Below are positions 37,318 through 46,473 of a stretch of DNA of 64,000 nucleotides, piece by piece. The DNA comes from Betaproteobacteria bacterium (GTDB lineage Bacteria > Pseudomonadota > Gammaproteobacteria > Burkholderiales > Casimicrobiaceae). Position 1 is the first letter of the stretch. Each line of letters begins with the position of its first letter. The position numbers and the translations under genes were made by a program. The notes beneath the pieces are model-generated. The model was not told the DNA's origin. It did not search any database and was given only the letters and a program-made list of their open reading frames with translations. The stretch spans positions 499,643-563,642 of the forward strand of contig JADKKQ010000003.1 in assembly GCA_016720425.1 (NCBI GenBank), in the 5' to 3' direction.

Positions 37318-40062
37318 CTACGCCTTGTAGACCTTGACCGCGGACTTCTTGTAGTCGGGCTCGCGCGAGATCGGATCGGAGGCGTCGATGACCAGCTTGT
37401 TGATGAACACCGCCTCGTCGAAGAACGCGACGAACACCGATCCCTTGGGCATCCGGTTGCGGCCCTTGGTCTCGACGACGACCTTGACCTTGCCGCGCCG
37501 CGACTCGATCCACGCGACGTCGTTGCGCTTCAGTCCGCGTTTCGCCGCGTCGTCGGCGTGCATGTACATCACCGCCGTCGGCGCGGTGCGGTGCAGTTCC
37601 GGCACCCGGCGCGTCATCGACCCCGTGTGCCAGTGCTCGAGGATGCGGCCGGTGCACAGCCACAGGTCGAAGTTGGCGTCGGTCTGCTCGACCGGAGCCG
37701 CATACGGGCGGAAGAAGATCTTCGCCTTGCCGGCGAGCGAGGTGGGCTTCGGATCGGTGACGTCGTCGAGGTTGCCGGTCGGCAGCGCCTTCAGCAGCGG
37801 CCCGTAGAAGTTGAATCCCTCGCCCTTCTTGACGAAGGGATCGTGTCCCTCGACGAAGCGCCACTTGGTTTCCTTGCCGTCGACCACCGGCCAGCGCAGG
37901 CCGCGCACGTCGTCGCGGTAGTAGACGTCGAAGGCCGCGAGGTCGTGCTGCTTGGCCACGGTGAACCGGCGGTACTCCTCGAACAGCGCCTTCTCGACGA
38001 ACCAGCCCTCCTTCAGCGCCTTGACCGTCGAGTTGCCGTGCCCCTTGGCCACCGGGTCGGGCCAGGCGACCTTGCGGTTGTCCGCGGTGGCGAACAGCGC
38101 CTCGTAGAGCGTGGTCTCCGGCGTGTAGCCCAGCTTCTGCGCCTCGGCCAGCACGTCGGGCAGCTTGCCGTCGGGATAGCCGTCGGCCTTGACGCCGGCG
38201 ACCGCCTTCTCGCCCCAGACGTCCTTCAGCCGGAAGCGCTTGGCGAACTCCAGCATCATCCAGACGTCGCTGCGCGCCTCGCCCGGCGGATCGACCTGCT
38301 GGCGCCACAGCTGCGTGCGCCGCTCGGCGTTGCCGTAGCCACCCCACTTCTCGAAGATCATCGCCGCCGGCAGGATCAGGTCCGCCACCTTCGCCGTCAC
38401 CGTCGGATAGGCCTCCGCGACGACGATGAAGCTGTCCATCTCGCGCGCGGCCTTCAGCCAGTGGTTGGCGTTCGGCGTCGACTGGAAGGGGTTGGTGGTC
38501 TGGATCCACAGGAACTTGACACCGCCGTCCTCGAGGTCGCGCAGGATCGCCATGATGTCGCTGCCGATCTTCGGGTTGAGCGTGTTCGGCGGCAGCTTCC
38601 ACATCTCCTCGGTCGTCTTCCGGTGCGCCGCGTTGTCGACCAGCATGTCGGCCGGCAGCCGGTGCGAAAACGTGCCCACCTCGCGCGCCGTCCCGCAGGC
38701 CGACGGCTGCCCGGTGAGCGAGAACGCGCCGTTGCCGGGGCGCGCGTGCTTGCCGAGCAGCAGGTGCGTCGCGTAGCACTGCTCGTTCACCCACACGCCG
38801 CGGATGTGCTGGTTGAAGCCCATCGTCCAGAAGGACATCACGTTGCGCTTGGGATCGACGTAGATGTCGACCAGCTCGACGAGCTTCGCCTTGAACTTGT
38901 CCAGAGGCTCGTCCGGATCGCCCTTGGCGAGCTCGGCGACGAAGTCGAGCGTGTACGGCTCGACCGCCTTCTTGAAGTCGTCGAAGCTGATCAGCCAGTG
39001 CTTGCCGGCCGAGGTCCGGTTCTTCTGCTCGACCCGGGTGCCCGGCTCCTTGCGCTGGCCCACGGCCTCGTGCTTGTCGAGCACGTGGACGAGCTCCTGG
39101 CCCTGGACGTCCTTCTCGGCCGGGAACGCGAACTTGTCGGTCGGGCGCATGCCGTAGCCGATGTCGGCCGGGCCGGTGGCGAACACGCAGTGCCGGTCGA
39201 CGAACTCCCGGTTGACGGCGTTGCGGGCGATGATCTCGCGCGCGACGTAGTTCTGGATCGCGAGATCGGCATTGGGCTTCATCACGATCTCGAGGTCGGC
39301 GATGTCCGACGACAGGTTCGCAAAGGTGGTGATGTTGACGATCTTCGTGGTCCTGGCGGTGAGGCGACGGTCGGTGATCCGCGACCACAGCACCGGGTGC
39401 GCCTCGGCCATGTTGGCGCCCCAGAGGATCATCGCGTCCGCGAGCTCGATGTCGTCGTAGTTGTTGGCCGGCTCGTCGACGCCGAAGGTCTGGTAGAACG
39501 CCGCCACGGCGCTCGCCATGCACAGCCGCGCGTTGGGGTCGATGTTGTTCGAGCGGAAGCCCGCCTTCATCAGCTTGGAGGCGGTGTAGCCCTCCTGGAT
39601 CAGCGACTGACCCGACGGGATCATCGCGATGCCGGTCGGCCCCTTCTGCGCCAGCGCGCGCTTCGCCTGCCGTTCCATCTCGTCCATCGCCCGGTCCCAG
39701 CTCACCGGGACGAAGTCGCCCCTCTTGTCGAAGGCGCCGTCCTTCATCCGCATCAGCGGCCTGGTCAGGCGGTCCTGCCCGTAGAGGATGCGGCCGTTGA
39801 AGTAGCCCTTGATGCAGTTGAGCCCCCGGTTCACCGGCGCATCGGGGTCGCCCTTGACGGCGACGATCTGCCCGCCCTTGGTCGCGATCTGGATGCCGCA
39901 GCCGGTGCCGCAGAAGCGGCAGACGCCCTTGTCCCAGCTCCAGCCGGCCTCGGCCGCCTTCGCCTGCGCCAGCGCTTCCTGGCTGACCGTGATGCCGACG
40001 GTGGCCGCGGTGGCGGCGGCGATCCCGGATTTCATGAATGCGCGGCGGGTAAGGCTCGTCAT
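37318..40062 (-). CDS. napA: Periplasmic nitrate reductase catalytic subunit (Mo-bisMGD, [4Fe-4S])
   Basis: Tat signal MTSLTRRAFMKSGIAAATA. CRFCGTGCG cluster, WTMGFNQH, TGRILEHWHTGSMT. 914 aa, long relative to my recollection of E. coli NapA. Confidence 0.95.
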   Translation of the reverse strand: MTSLTRRAFMKSGIAAATAATVGITVSQEALAQAKAAEAGWSWDKGVCRFCGTGCGIQIATKGGQIVAVKGDPDAPVNRGLNCIKGYFNGRILYGQDRLTRPLMRMKDGAFDKRGDFVPVSWDRAMDEMERQAKRALAQKGPTGIAMIPSGQSLIQEGYTASKLMKAGFRSNNIDPNARLCMASAVAAFYQTFGVDEPANNYDDIELADAMILWGANMAEAHPVLWSRITDRRLTARTTKIVNITTFANLSSDIADLEIVMKPNADLAIQNYVAREIIARNAVNREFVDRHCVFATGPADIGYGMRPTDKFAFPAEKDVQGQELVHVLDKHEAVGQRKEPGTRVEQKNRTSAGKHWLISFDDFKKAVEPYTLDFVAELAKGDPDEPLDKFKAKLVELVDIYVDPKRNVMSFWTMGFNQHIRGVWVNEQCYATHLLLGKHARPGNGAFSLTGQPSACGTAREVGTFSHRLPADMLVDNAAHRKTTEEMWKLPPNTLNPKIGSDIMAILRDLEDGGVKFLWIQTTNPFQSTPNANHWLKAAREMDSFIVVAEAYPTVTAKVADLILPAAMIFEKWGGYGNAERRTQLWRQQVDPPGEARSDVWMMLEFAKRFRLKDVWGEKAVAGVKADGYPDGKLPDVLAEAQKLGYTPETTLYEALFATADNRKVAWPDPVAKGHGNSTVKALKEGWFVEKALFEEYRRFTVAKQHDLAAFDVYYRDDVRGLRWPVVDGKETKWRFVEGHDPFVKKGEGFNFYGPLLKALPTGNLDDVTDPKPTSLAGKAKIFFRPYAAPVEQTDANFDLWLCTGRILEHWHTGSMTRRVPELHRTAPTAVMYMHADDAAKRGLKRNDVAWIESRRGKVKVVVETKGRNRMPKGSVFVAFFDEAVFINKLVIDASDPISREPDYKKSAVKVYKA

Positions 40063-40116
40063 GTTCGCTCCTCGGAGGATTCGACCGGGCGCCGGAGGCG
40101 CCAACGATGGCTCAGG

Positions 40117-40377
40117 CTAAAGGGGGGTGCCGGCGAGCGACGGATCGTCGGCGAAGTAGTGGTAGACCATTTCCGCCGCGACGACGCCGGGCAGGGCCTG
40201 GATGCGGCGCAGGCCGTCGACTTCGTCCTCGATCGTAGGCGCTTCCTGGACGACGACCACACGCGACGTGGCGGCGTCGGTGTGGTGGACCTCGACCCCC
40301 GGCAGCACCGGCAGCCCCGCGACGATCTCGTCGAAGCGGCCGCTCGCCGCGGTGACCAGAATGCCCGAAAGGTTCAT
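40117..40377 (-). CDS. napD: NapA chaperone NapD
   Basis: MNLSGILVTAASGRFDEIVAGLPVLPGVEVHH...RVVVVQEA. 86 aa, directly upstream of napA. Confidence 0.8.
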   Translation of the reverse strand: MNLSGILVTAASGRFDEIVAGLPVLPGVEVHHTDAATSRVVVVQEAPTIEDEVDGLRRIQALPGVVAAEMVYHYFADDPSLAGTPL

Positions 40378-40449
40378 GACCCACCCCGCTGCCGGCGGCG
40401 ATCGCCGGCGCGAAAATGCGCTGCGCACCCGGTGCCGGCCATGCCAGAG

Positions 40450-40491
40450 ATGCTAGGTGACGATCGCCGGCGCCACCTTGACTCGCGTCAA
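40450..40491 (-). promoter_or_regulatory. Candidate class II FNR/Anr/Dnr-dependent promoter of napDAGHB
   Basis: Palindrome TTGAC-N4-GTCAA at 40478-40491. Exactly 22 nt downstream on the nap strand lies TAGCAT (40450-40455), placing the box centre near -41.5. The box centre is about 107 nt upstream of the napD ATG. Confidence 0.5.
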
Positions 40492-40531
40492 TCGGCGGCC
40501 GGCTACCCGTGCGACGGATTGCCGCAGCGGG

Positions 40532-41287
40532 TCAGACGCAGCGCCCGCCGTCGACCTCGAGGCACGCGCCGGTGATGAACGCCGCCTCGTCGGACGCGAA
40601 GAACACCGCCGCGGTCGCGATGTCCGACGGCAGCGACAGGCGCCCGAGCGGAATCGAGGCGACGAACTTCGCGCGCATCGCCGGCGTGTCCTGGCCCATG
40701 AAGTCGGCGAGCATCGCCGTCTCGCCGGCCACCGGGTTGATCACGTTGACGCGGATGTTGTCGGGGGCGAGCTCGGCCGCCATCGACCGCGACGTCGTGA
40801 TCGCCGCGCCCTTGCTGCCGTTGTACCAGGTGAGCCCGGGGCGCGGCCGCACGCCGGCCGTCGACGCGATGGTGATGAAGACGCCGTGCCTCTGGCGGCG
40901 AAAATGCGGGACCGCGTGCCTCGCGGTCAGGAACAGGCTCTTCACGTTGACGCGGTAGATGCGGTCGAACTCGTCCTCGGTCACGTCCAGCATCGGCTGG
41001 TTGCGGTGCGTGGTCCCGGCGTTGTTGACGACGATGTCGAGCCCGCCGAACGCCGCCAGCGCGAAGGCGACCAGCTGCGAGACGTCGGCGTCCTTCGACA
41101 CGTCGCCGGCGCAGAACTTCGCGGCGCCGCCGGCGGCGACGATCTCGCGCGCGACCCGCTCGCCGTTGGCCACCGCGATGTCGTTGACGACGACCCTGGC
41201 GCCCTCGCCGGCGAACCGCCTGGCGATGCCTTCGCCGAAGCCCGAGCCCGCCCCGGTGACGATGGCGATCTTGCCTTCGAGTCTCAT
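40532..41287 (-). CDS. Short-chain dehydrogenase/reductase (SDR)
   Basis: TGAGSGFGEGIA, NNAG and a Y-x3-K region. 251 aa. Confidence 0.9.
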   Translation of the reverse strand: MRLEGKIAIVTGAGSGFGEGIARRFAGEGARVVVNDIAVANGERVAREIVAAGGAAKFCAGDVSKDADVSQLVAFALAAFGGLDIVVNNAGTTHRNQPMLDVTEDEFDRIYRVNVKSLFLTARHAVPHFRRQRHGVFITIASTAGVRPRPGLTWYNGSKGAAITTSRSMAAELAPDNIRVNVINPVAGETAMLADFMGQDTPAMRAKFVASIPLGRLSLPSDIATAAVFFASDEAAFITGACLEVDGGRCV

Positions 41288-41323
41288 CTCCCCGCTCCTC
41301 CGTCGATCGACGCAGCGGCCGGC

Positions 41324-42793
41324 TCAGCCGTGCTGCAGCACCACGGTCTTCAGCACGCTGAAACCGTACAGCGCCTCCAGGCCCTTCTCCCGCCCGTGGC
41401 CGGACGACTTGACGCCGCCGAAGGGCAGCTCGACGCCGCCGCCGGCGCCGTAGTTGTTGACGAACACCTGGCCGCTGCGGATCGCGCGCGCCAGCCGCAG
41501 CTGCCGCCCGCCGTCCCGCGTCCAGACGCCGGCGACCAGCCCGAACTCGGTGGCGTTGGCGATGCGCACCGCGTCCGCCTCGTCGACGAAGGGCATCGCC
41601 GCGAGCACCGGCCCGAAGACCTCCTCGCAGCCCAGCCGGCAGTGGACCGGCACGTCGCGCAGCAGATGCGGTTCGACGTAATAGCCGCCCGCAGGCGCGT
41701 CGGCGGCCACCGTCCCGCGGCCGACGACGGCGATGCCGTCGCGCTCGGCATCGGCCAGGAAACCGAGCACGCGCTCGAGCTGCGAGGCGCGGATCAGCGG
41801 CCCGCAGTCGAGATCGGCCCACGCCGGCCCGACCTTCAGCGCGGCGAAGCGCCGACCCAGGCGCTCCAGCACCTCGTCGTAGCGCGACGCCTCGACCAGC
41901 AGCCGGCTGCCGGCCGAGCAGGTCTGTCCGGCGTTCTGCACGATGGCGTTGACCAGCACCGGCAGCGCCGCATCGAGGTCGGCGTCGGCGAAGACGAGCT
42001 GCGGCCCCTTGCCGCCCAGCTCCAGCGTCACCGGACAGTGCCGCCGCGCCGCCTCGCCCGCGACCGCGGCACCGGTGGGCGGCGACCCGGTGAACGAAAT
42101 GTGGTCGATGCCGCGATGCGCCGCCAGCGCCGCCCCGGCCTCGCGGCCGAGACCGGTGACGATGTTGAGCGCGCCGTCGGGAAAGCCGACGCCGGCGGCG
42201 AGCTCGGCCAGGCGCAGCAGCGACAGGCAGGCGTCCTCGGCCGGCTTGACCACGCAGGCGTTGCCGGTCGCCAGCGCGCCGCCCACCGACCGGCCGAAGA
42301 TCTGCAGCGGGTAGTTCCAGGGAATGATGTGCCCGGTCACGCCGTGCGGCTCGCGCCAGGTCAGCACCGTGTAGCCGGCCGGATAGGGAATGGTCTCGCC
42401 GTGGAACTTGTCGCTCGCCCCGCCGTAGAACTCGAAGTAGCGGGCGCAGGCCGCGGCGTCGGCGCGCGCCTGCTTCAGCGGCTTGCCGCAGTCGCGCGCC
42501 TCGAGCAGCGCGAGCTCCTCGGCATGGTCGCCGACGGCGCGCGCGAGCCGGCCGAGCAGCCGGCCCTTCTCCGCCGGCGCGAGCCGGCCCCAGGGTCCCT
42601 CGAACGCCCGCCGCGCGGCGGCGACGGCGCCGTCGACGTCCTCGGCGGTGCCGAAGGCGATGGCGGCGAACGGCCGCCCGTCGGAGGGATCGATCATCGG
42701 CAGCGTCGCGCCGGTGACCGCCGGCACCCAGCGGTTGTCGATGAAGTGCTGCGGCGGCGTCGTGACCGGCGCCCACGCGTGCTGCGCGTTCAT
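41324..42793 (-). CDS. NAD(P)-dependent aldehyde dehydrogenase
   Basis: FTGSPPTG, ELGGKGP, catalytic Cys region GQTCSAGSR, EEVFGPV. 489 aa. Confidence 0.92.
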   Translation of the reverse strand: MNAQHAWAPVTTPPQHFIDNRWVPAVTGATLPMIDPSDGRPFAAIAFGTAEDVDGAVAAARRAFEGPWGRLAPAEKGRLLGRLARAVGDHAEELALLEARDCGKPLKQARADAAACARYFEFYGGASDKFHGETIPYPAGYTVLTWREPHGVTGHIIPWNYPLQIFGRSVGGALATGNACVVKPAEDACLSLLRLAELAAGVGFPDGALNIVTGLGREAGAALAAHRGIDHISFTGSPPTGAAVAGEAARRHCPVTLELGGKGPQLVFADADLDAALPVLVNAIVQNAGQTCSAGSRLLVEASRYDEVLERLGRRFAALKVGPAWADLDCGPLIRASQLERVLGFLADAERDGIAVVGRGTVAADAPAGGYYVEPHLLRDVPVHCRLGCEEVFGPVLAAMPFVDEADAVRIANATEFGLVAGVWTRDGGRQLRLARAIRSGQVFVNNYGAGGGVELPFGGVKSSGHGREKGLEALYGFSVLKTVVLQHG

Positions 42794-42833
42794 GTCCTCG
42801 TCTCCCTCGGTGCCCGCCGTCCGGCGGCGACGG

Positions 42834-44414
42834 CTACTTCTTCGCCGCCGGCTTGAACTGCCAGGCCAGCGTGTTCTCGTCGGTGCGCGGCACGTAGGTG
42901 ATCCCGTCGCGGGCCGCCCACAGGTTGACCTGGAAGTGCAGCGGCACGACGCCGACGTCGTTGATCGCGAGCTCGGTCGCGCGCTGCAGGTAGGCCTCGC
43001 GCTTGACGTCGTCGACGGTCTGCAGCGCGTCCTCGGTGAGCGCGTCGACCTTGCTGTTCGAGTAGCGGCCGCGGTTGGCGGTGCCGTAGCCGCGGTCGCG
43101 GTTGTAGGTCATCAGCAGCGCCTTCAGCGACGACGAGGCTTCGCCGGTGCCGGTGCTCCAGCCCAGCAGCATCAGGCTGAACTTGAGGTCGGTCGCCTGG
43201 CTGAAGAACGTCGACGACGGCATGGCGACGACCTTGGTGTCGATGCCCGCGCGGGTCAGCATCTGCGCGACCGCCTGCGCGATCTTGGCGTCGTTGACGT
43301 AGCGGTTGTTGGGCGCGTGGATGGTGATGCCGAAGCCGTCCGGATAGCCGGCTTCGCGGAGCAGCTGCTTCGCGCCCTCGGGGTCGTAGGGCTCGACCTT
43401 GAGGTTCCTGCTGGCCCCGAACAGGAAGTCGGCCACCAGCTGCCCCGACGCGATCGCCTCGCCTTCCATCACCTTGTCGACGATCGCCGGCCGGTTGATC
43501 GACTTGGAGATCGCCTTGCGCACGCGCGGGTCCTTCAGCGGGTTCTTCGCCAGCGGCTTGCCCGCCTTGTCGGTGACGAACGGCGAGACGTCGCGGTCGC
43601 TGTCGAGGTGCAGGTAGATGAGCCGGTCGGCGACGGTGCGGTAGATGCCGAGCCGCTTGTCCTGCTTCAGCTTGGCCGCGTCCGACGTGGGCACGTTCTC
43701 GATCACCTGCACGTCGCCGGACAGCAGCGCCGCGACGCGCGGGGCGTCCTGCGGCAGCAGGCGCAGCGTCACCTTCTCCCACGGCGTCGGGCCGCCCCAC
43801 CAGGCGTCGTTGCGCGCGAGCTCGATCCGGTCGCCCTTGGCGTAGCGGACGAGCTTGTACGGGCCGGTGCCGTTCGCCGCCCGGCCCGAGTTGAAGTCGT
43901 CGGTCGTCGCCTTGGCTGCCGCCCGGGAGATGATCAGGATCTGCGTCATGTCGGAGGGCATCAGCGGGTACGGCAGCGCGGTCCGGAAGCGGATCGTCAG
44001 CGGATCGACGACGATCATCTCCCGGATCTGCTTGCTGTACGCGGTGAACGGCGACGGGCTGTTGGGCACCGTGGGCACGCGCTCGATCGAGGCGACGACG
44101 TCGGCCGCGGTGAAGTCGCTGCCGTCGTGGAACTTGACGCCGCGACGCAGCTTGAACTCCCAGGTGGTCGCGTCGATCGCCTTCCACTCGGTGGCGAGCC
44201 CCGGGATCAGCTGCGACTTCTCGTTGCGCATGACGAGATAGCCGAAGATGTGCGCGCCGACGTTGTTGTTCGGCGTCACGTTGTGATAGTGCGGATCGAG
44301 CGCGGTGACGTCGGTGCCCAGCCCGATGGTGAGGTTCGCGGCCGGCACGAGCGACGCGGCCGCGCCGGCCGCAACGGCCGCCAGCACGGTGACTACCTGG
44401 CGCAGCAACGACAT
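42834..44414 (-). CDS. ABC transporter substrate-binding protein, family 5 (DppA/OppA-like); no cognate permease or ATPase gene nearby
   Basis: 526-aa ORF with a signal peptide and family-5 SBP-like sequence (WKFKLRRGVKFHDGSDFTAADV). Confidence 0.88.
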   Translation of the reverse strand: MSLLRQVVTVLAAVAAGAAASLVPAANLTIGLGTDVTALDPHYHNVTPNNNVGAHIFGYLVMRNEKSQLIPGLATEWKAIDATTWEFKLRRGVKFHDGSDFTAADVVASIERVPTVPNSPSPFTAYSKQIREMIVVDPLTIRFRTALPYPLMPSDMTQILIISRAAAKATTDDFNSGRAANGTGPYKLVRYAKGDRIELARNDAWWGGPTPWEKVTLRLLPQDAPRVAALLSGDVQVIENVPTSDAAKLKQDKRLGIYRTVADRLIYLHLDSDRDVSPFVTDKAGKPLAKNPLKDPRVRKAISKSINRPAIVDKVMEGEAIASGQLVADFLFGASRNLKVEPYDPEGAKQLLREAGYPDGFGITIHAPNNRYVNDAKIAQAVAQMLTRAGIDTKVVAMPSSTFFSQATDLKFSLMLLGWSTGTGEASSSLKALLMTYNRDRGYGTANRGRYSNSKVDALTEDALQTVDDVKREAYLQRATELAINDVGVVPLHFQVNLWAARDGITYVPRTDENTLAWQFKPAAKK

Positions 44415-44656
44415 GACTCCCCCTCACCTGGCGATGGACGAATCCCGCGAGGATAGCGCAAGCCGGCGGGGCCGGACAGGCGGGCACCCGCCGCGGGCGG
44501 CAGGTCGCGGCGCCGCATCCGGTGTGTGGCGATTTGTAACGGCGTCAACCGCCGGGCGCGCCGCGGCGTTCTTTGCCGCACAGCCCGTCCGCTCGCACCG
44601 TCGCGCAGCGCACGGATTCCGGCCCGTTGCCGCCGCATCCTTCCGGGAGGTAGTCC

Positions 44657-45106
44657 ATGCCACGACCCCTTGCCACCGCCGCTGCCGCCGTCGCGCTGGC
44701 CGCCGGCATCGTCGCCGCCACCGGCGCCGCCGCATCCAATGTCGCCTGGAGCGTGTCGATCGGCGCGCCCGGTGTCGCCGTCAACGTCGGCGCGCCCGGC
44801 CCTTGGGGCCACGGCTATCCCGGCTACCGCGGCGCCGGGTGGGTCCAGCCCTGGGTCCCGCCGGCCGTCGCGGCACCGCGGTGGCTCCCGCCCGCCTACC
44901 CGGTGACCGCGTACCCGCTGTCCGCGTATCCGGCCGTCGGGTATCCGCTGGTTCCCTATGCAGTTCCCTATGCCGCGCCCTACGCGGCAGGCTACGCGCC
45001 GGGCTACCCCGTCGTCGTGCCGCGCGCGCTGCCGGCCCCGGTTCGCGCCTACCGCCGCGCGGTCGTCCCGGCGCCGGTGTTGCCTGCGCCGCCGCGCCGG
45101 CACTGA
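44657..45106 (+). CDS. Small secreted Pro/Tyr/Ala-rich repeat protein (hypothetical)
   Basis: GGGAGG lies 7 nt before the ATG. Signal peptide MPRPLATAAAAVALAAGIVAATGAAA. The mature part is dominated by YP/PY/PxPV-like repeats. Codon third positions are mostly G/C. Confidence 0.5.
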   Translation: MPRPLATAAAAVALAAGIVAATGAAASNVAWSVSIGAPGVAVNVGAPGPWGHGYPGYRGAGWVQPWVPPAVAAPRWLPPAYPVTAYPLSAYPAVGYPLVPYAVPYAAPYAAGYAPGYPVVVPRALPAPVRAYRRAVVPAPVLPAPPRRH

Positions 45107-45124
45107 GCCGCCGCCCCGGGTCGC

Positions 45125-46262
45125 TCAGCCGCGATAGCGGATGCGGTAGATCGCACCGGCATCGTCGTCGGACACCAGCAGCGAACCGTCCGGCGCGACC
45201 AGCACGTCGGCGGGTCGGCCCCAGGCGCGCTCGCCCCGCAGCCAGCCCTGGGCGAAGGGTTCGTAGGACAGCGCCTTGCCGGCCGCGTCGAGACGCACCA
45301 GCGTGATCCGGTAGCCGATCTTCTGGCTGCGATTCCAGGATCCGTGCTCGGCGATGAACACCTGGTGGCGGTAGGCCGCGGGAAACTGGGTGCCGGTGTA
45401 GAAGCGCATGCCCAGCGGCGCCACGTGGGGCCCGAGCGACTGCGCCGGCGGCGTGAACTCGGCACAGGACCGGCGCGAACCGAACTCCGGATCGGCGACG
45501 CTGCCGCCGTGGCAGAACGGAAAGCCGAAGTGCAGCCCGGGACGCGGCGCGCGGTTGAGCTCGCAGGGCGGCGAGTCGTCGCCCAGCAAGTCGCGGCCGT
45601 TGTCGGTGAACCACAGCTCGCCCGTCTGCGGGTGCCAGTCGAAGCCGACGGTGTTGCGCACGCCGCGGGCGAAGACCTCGCTGCCGCTGCCGTCGGCGTT
45701 CATGCGCAGGATCCGGGCGTAGCCGTCGTCCGTCGCGGTCGCAGACGTTGCAGGGCGCGCCGATCGGGACGTAGAGCTTGCCGTCGGGGCCGAAGGCGAT
45801 GAACCGCCGCCCGTGGTGGCCGTCGCGCGGCAGCCGGTCGGTGACGATCACCGGCGCCGGCGGCTTGTCGAGGCGCCGCTCGATGTCGTCGTAGCGCAGG
45901 ATCCGGTCGACGGCCGACACGTACAGCGCGCCGTCGCGAAAGGCGACGCCCGCCGGCTCGCGCAGCCCCGACGCGATCGTGAACACGCGGGTCCGTGCCG
46001 CGTCGCCGTCCGCGGCCAGCCGCACCGCGTGCACCCGGCCGTCGCGGGCCGAGCCGACGAACAGCGTGCCGTCCTTGCCCAGCGTCATCGCCCGCGCGTT
46101 CGGCACCCGCGCGACCAGGCCGATCACGAACCCCGGCGGCAGCCGGATCTCGTCGAGCGGCAGCGCATCCTGCGCCCGCGCGGCGACGGCCAGCCAGGAC
46201 CCCAGCAGCGCGCAGCCGAGGGCGAACCATCGACTGCTGCGCGCACGCACGTTGCTCGTCAC
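45125..46262 (-). pseudogene. PQQ-dependent sugar (glucose/sorbosone) dehydrogenase-family protein, split by a 1-nt insertion near 45730
   Basis: N-terminal part (signal peptide ... HHGRRFIAFGPDGKLYVPIGAPCNVCDRD) is in the frame of ORF 44781..46262. The rest (DDGYARILRMNADGSGSEVFARGVRNTVGFDWHPQTGELWFTDNGRD...) is in the frame of ORF 45125..45703. GTG start lies 4 nt after GGAGGA. Confidence 0.8.
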
Positions 46263-46473
46263 TTTTTCCTCCGCGATCCGACCTCGCTGCGACCGCGGGA
46301 CACCCGCCCGACGCGCGCACCGGAGATCACTGCCATGTTCGCATCGCCGCCGCTCCCGCGCCAGAGGGCGCCGCCGGGTCGACGGCGAATTGACAGTCCG
46401 CGCGGCGCCTGCCTATCCTGTGCCTTTGCCGATCGCCGTCCGCAGCACCTCCGGCGGCCGAAGGAATCCCGCG

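Noticed and set aside
40378-40531. Small napE or napF gene upstream of napD
   Set aside because: No ORF with a TM helix (NapE) or Cys clusters (NapF) fits in the 154-nt gap. The upstream extension of the napD ORF (MRSAFSRRRSPPAAGWV) lacks any such feature.
37252-40575. 1107-aa plus-strand ORF opposite napA/napD
   Set aside because: It is antisense to an unmistakable NapA, and no domain is recognisable.
44781-46262. 493-aa ORF taken at face value as the dehydrogenase
   Set aside because: Homology stops at about residue 175 and resumes in ORF 45125..45703. The C-terminal 300 residues of the long ORF are out-of-frame Arg/Pro/Ala sequence overlapping the small secreted-protein gene.
46441-46473. 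Possible fifth copy of the gene-proximal repeat upstream of the ArgE-like gene (CGCAGCACC...CCGAAGG)
   Set aside because: Only the GCAGCAC and GAAGG fragments match. The central part does not align, which is too weak to call.
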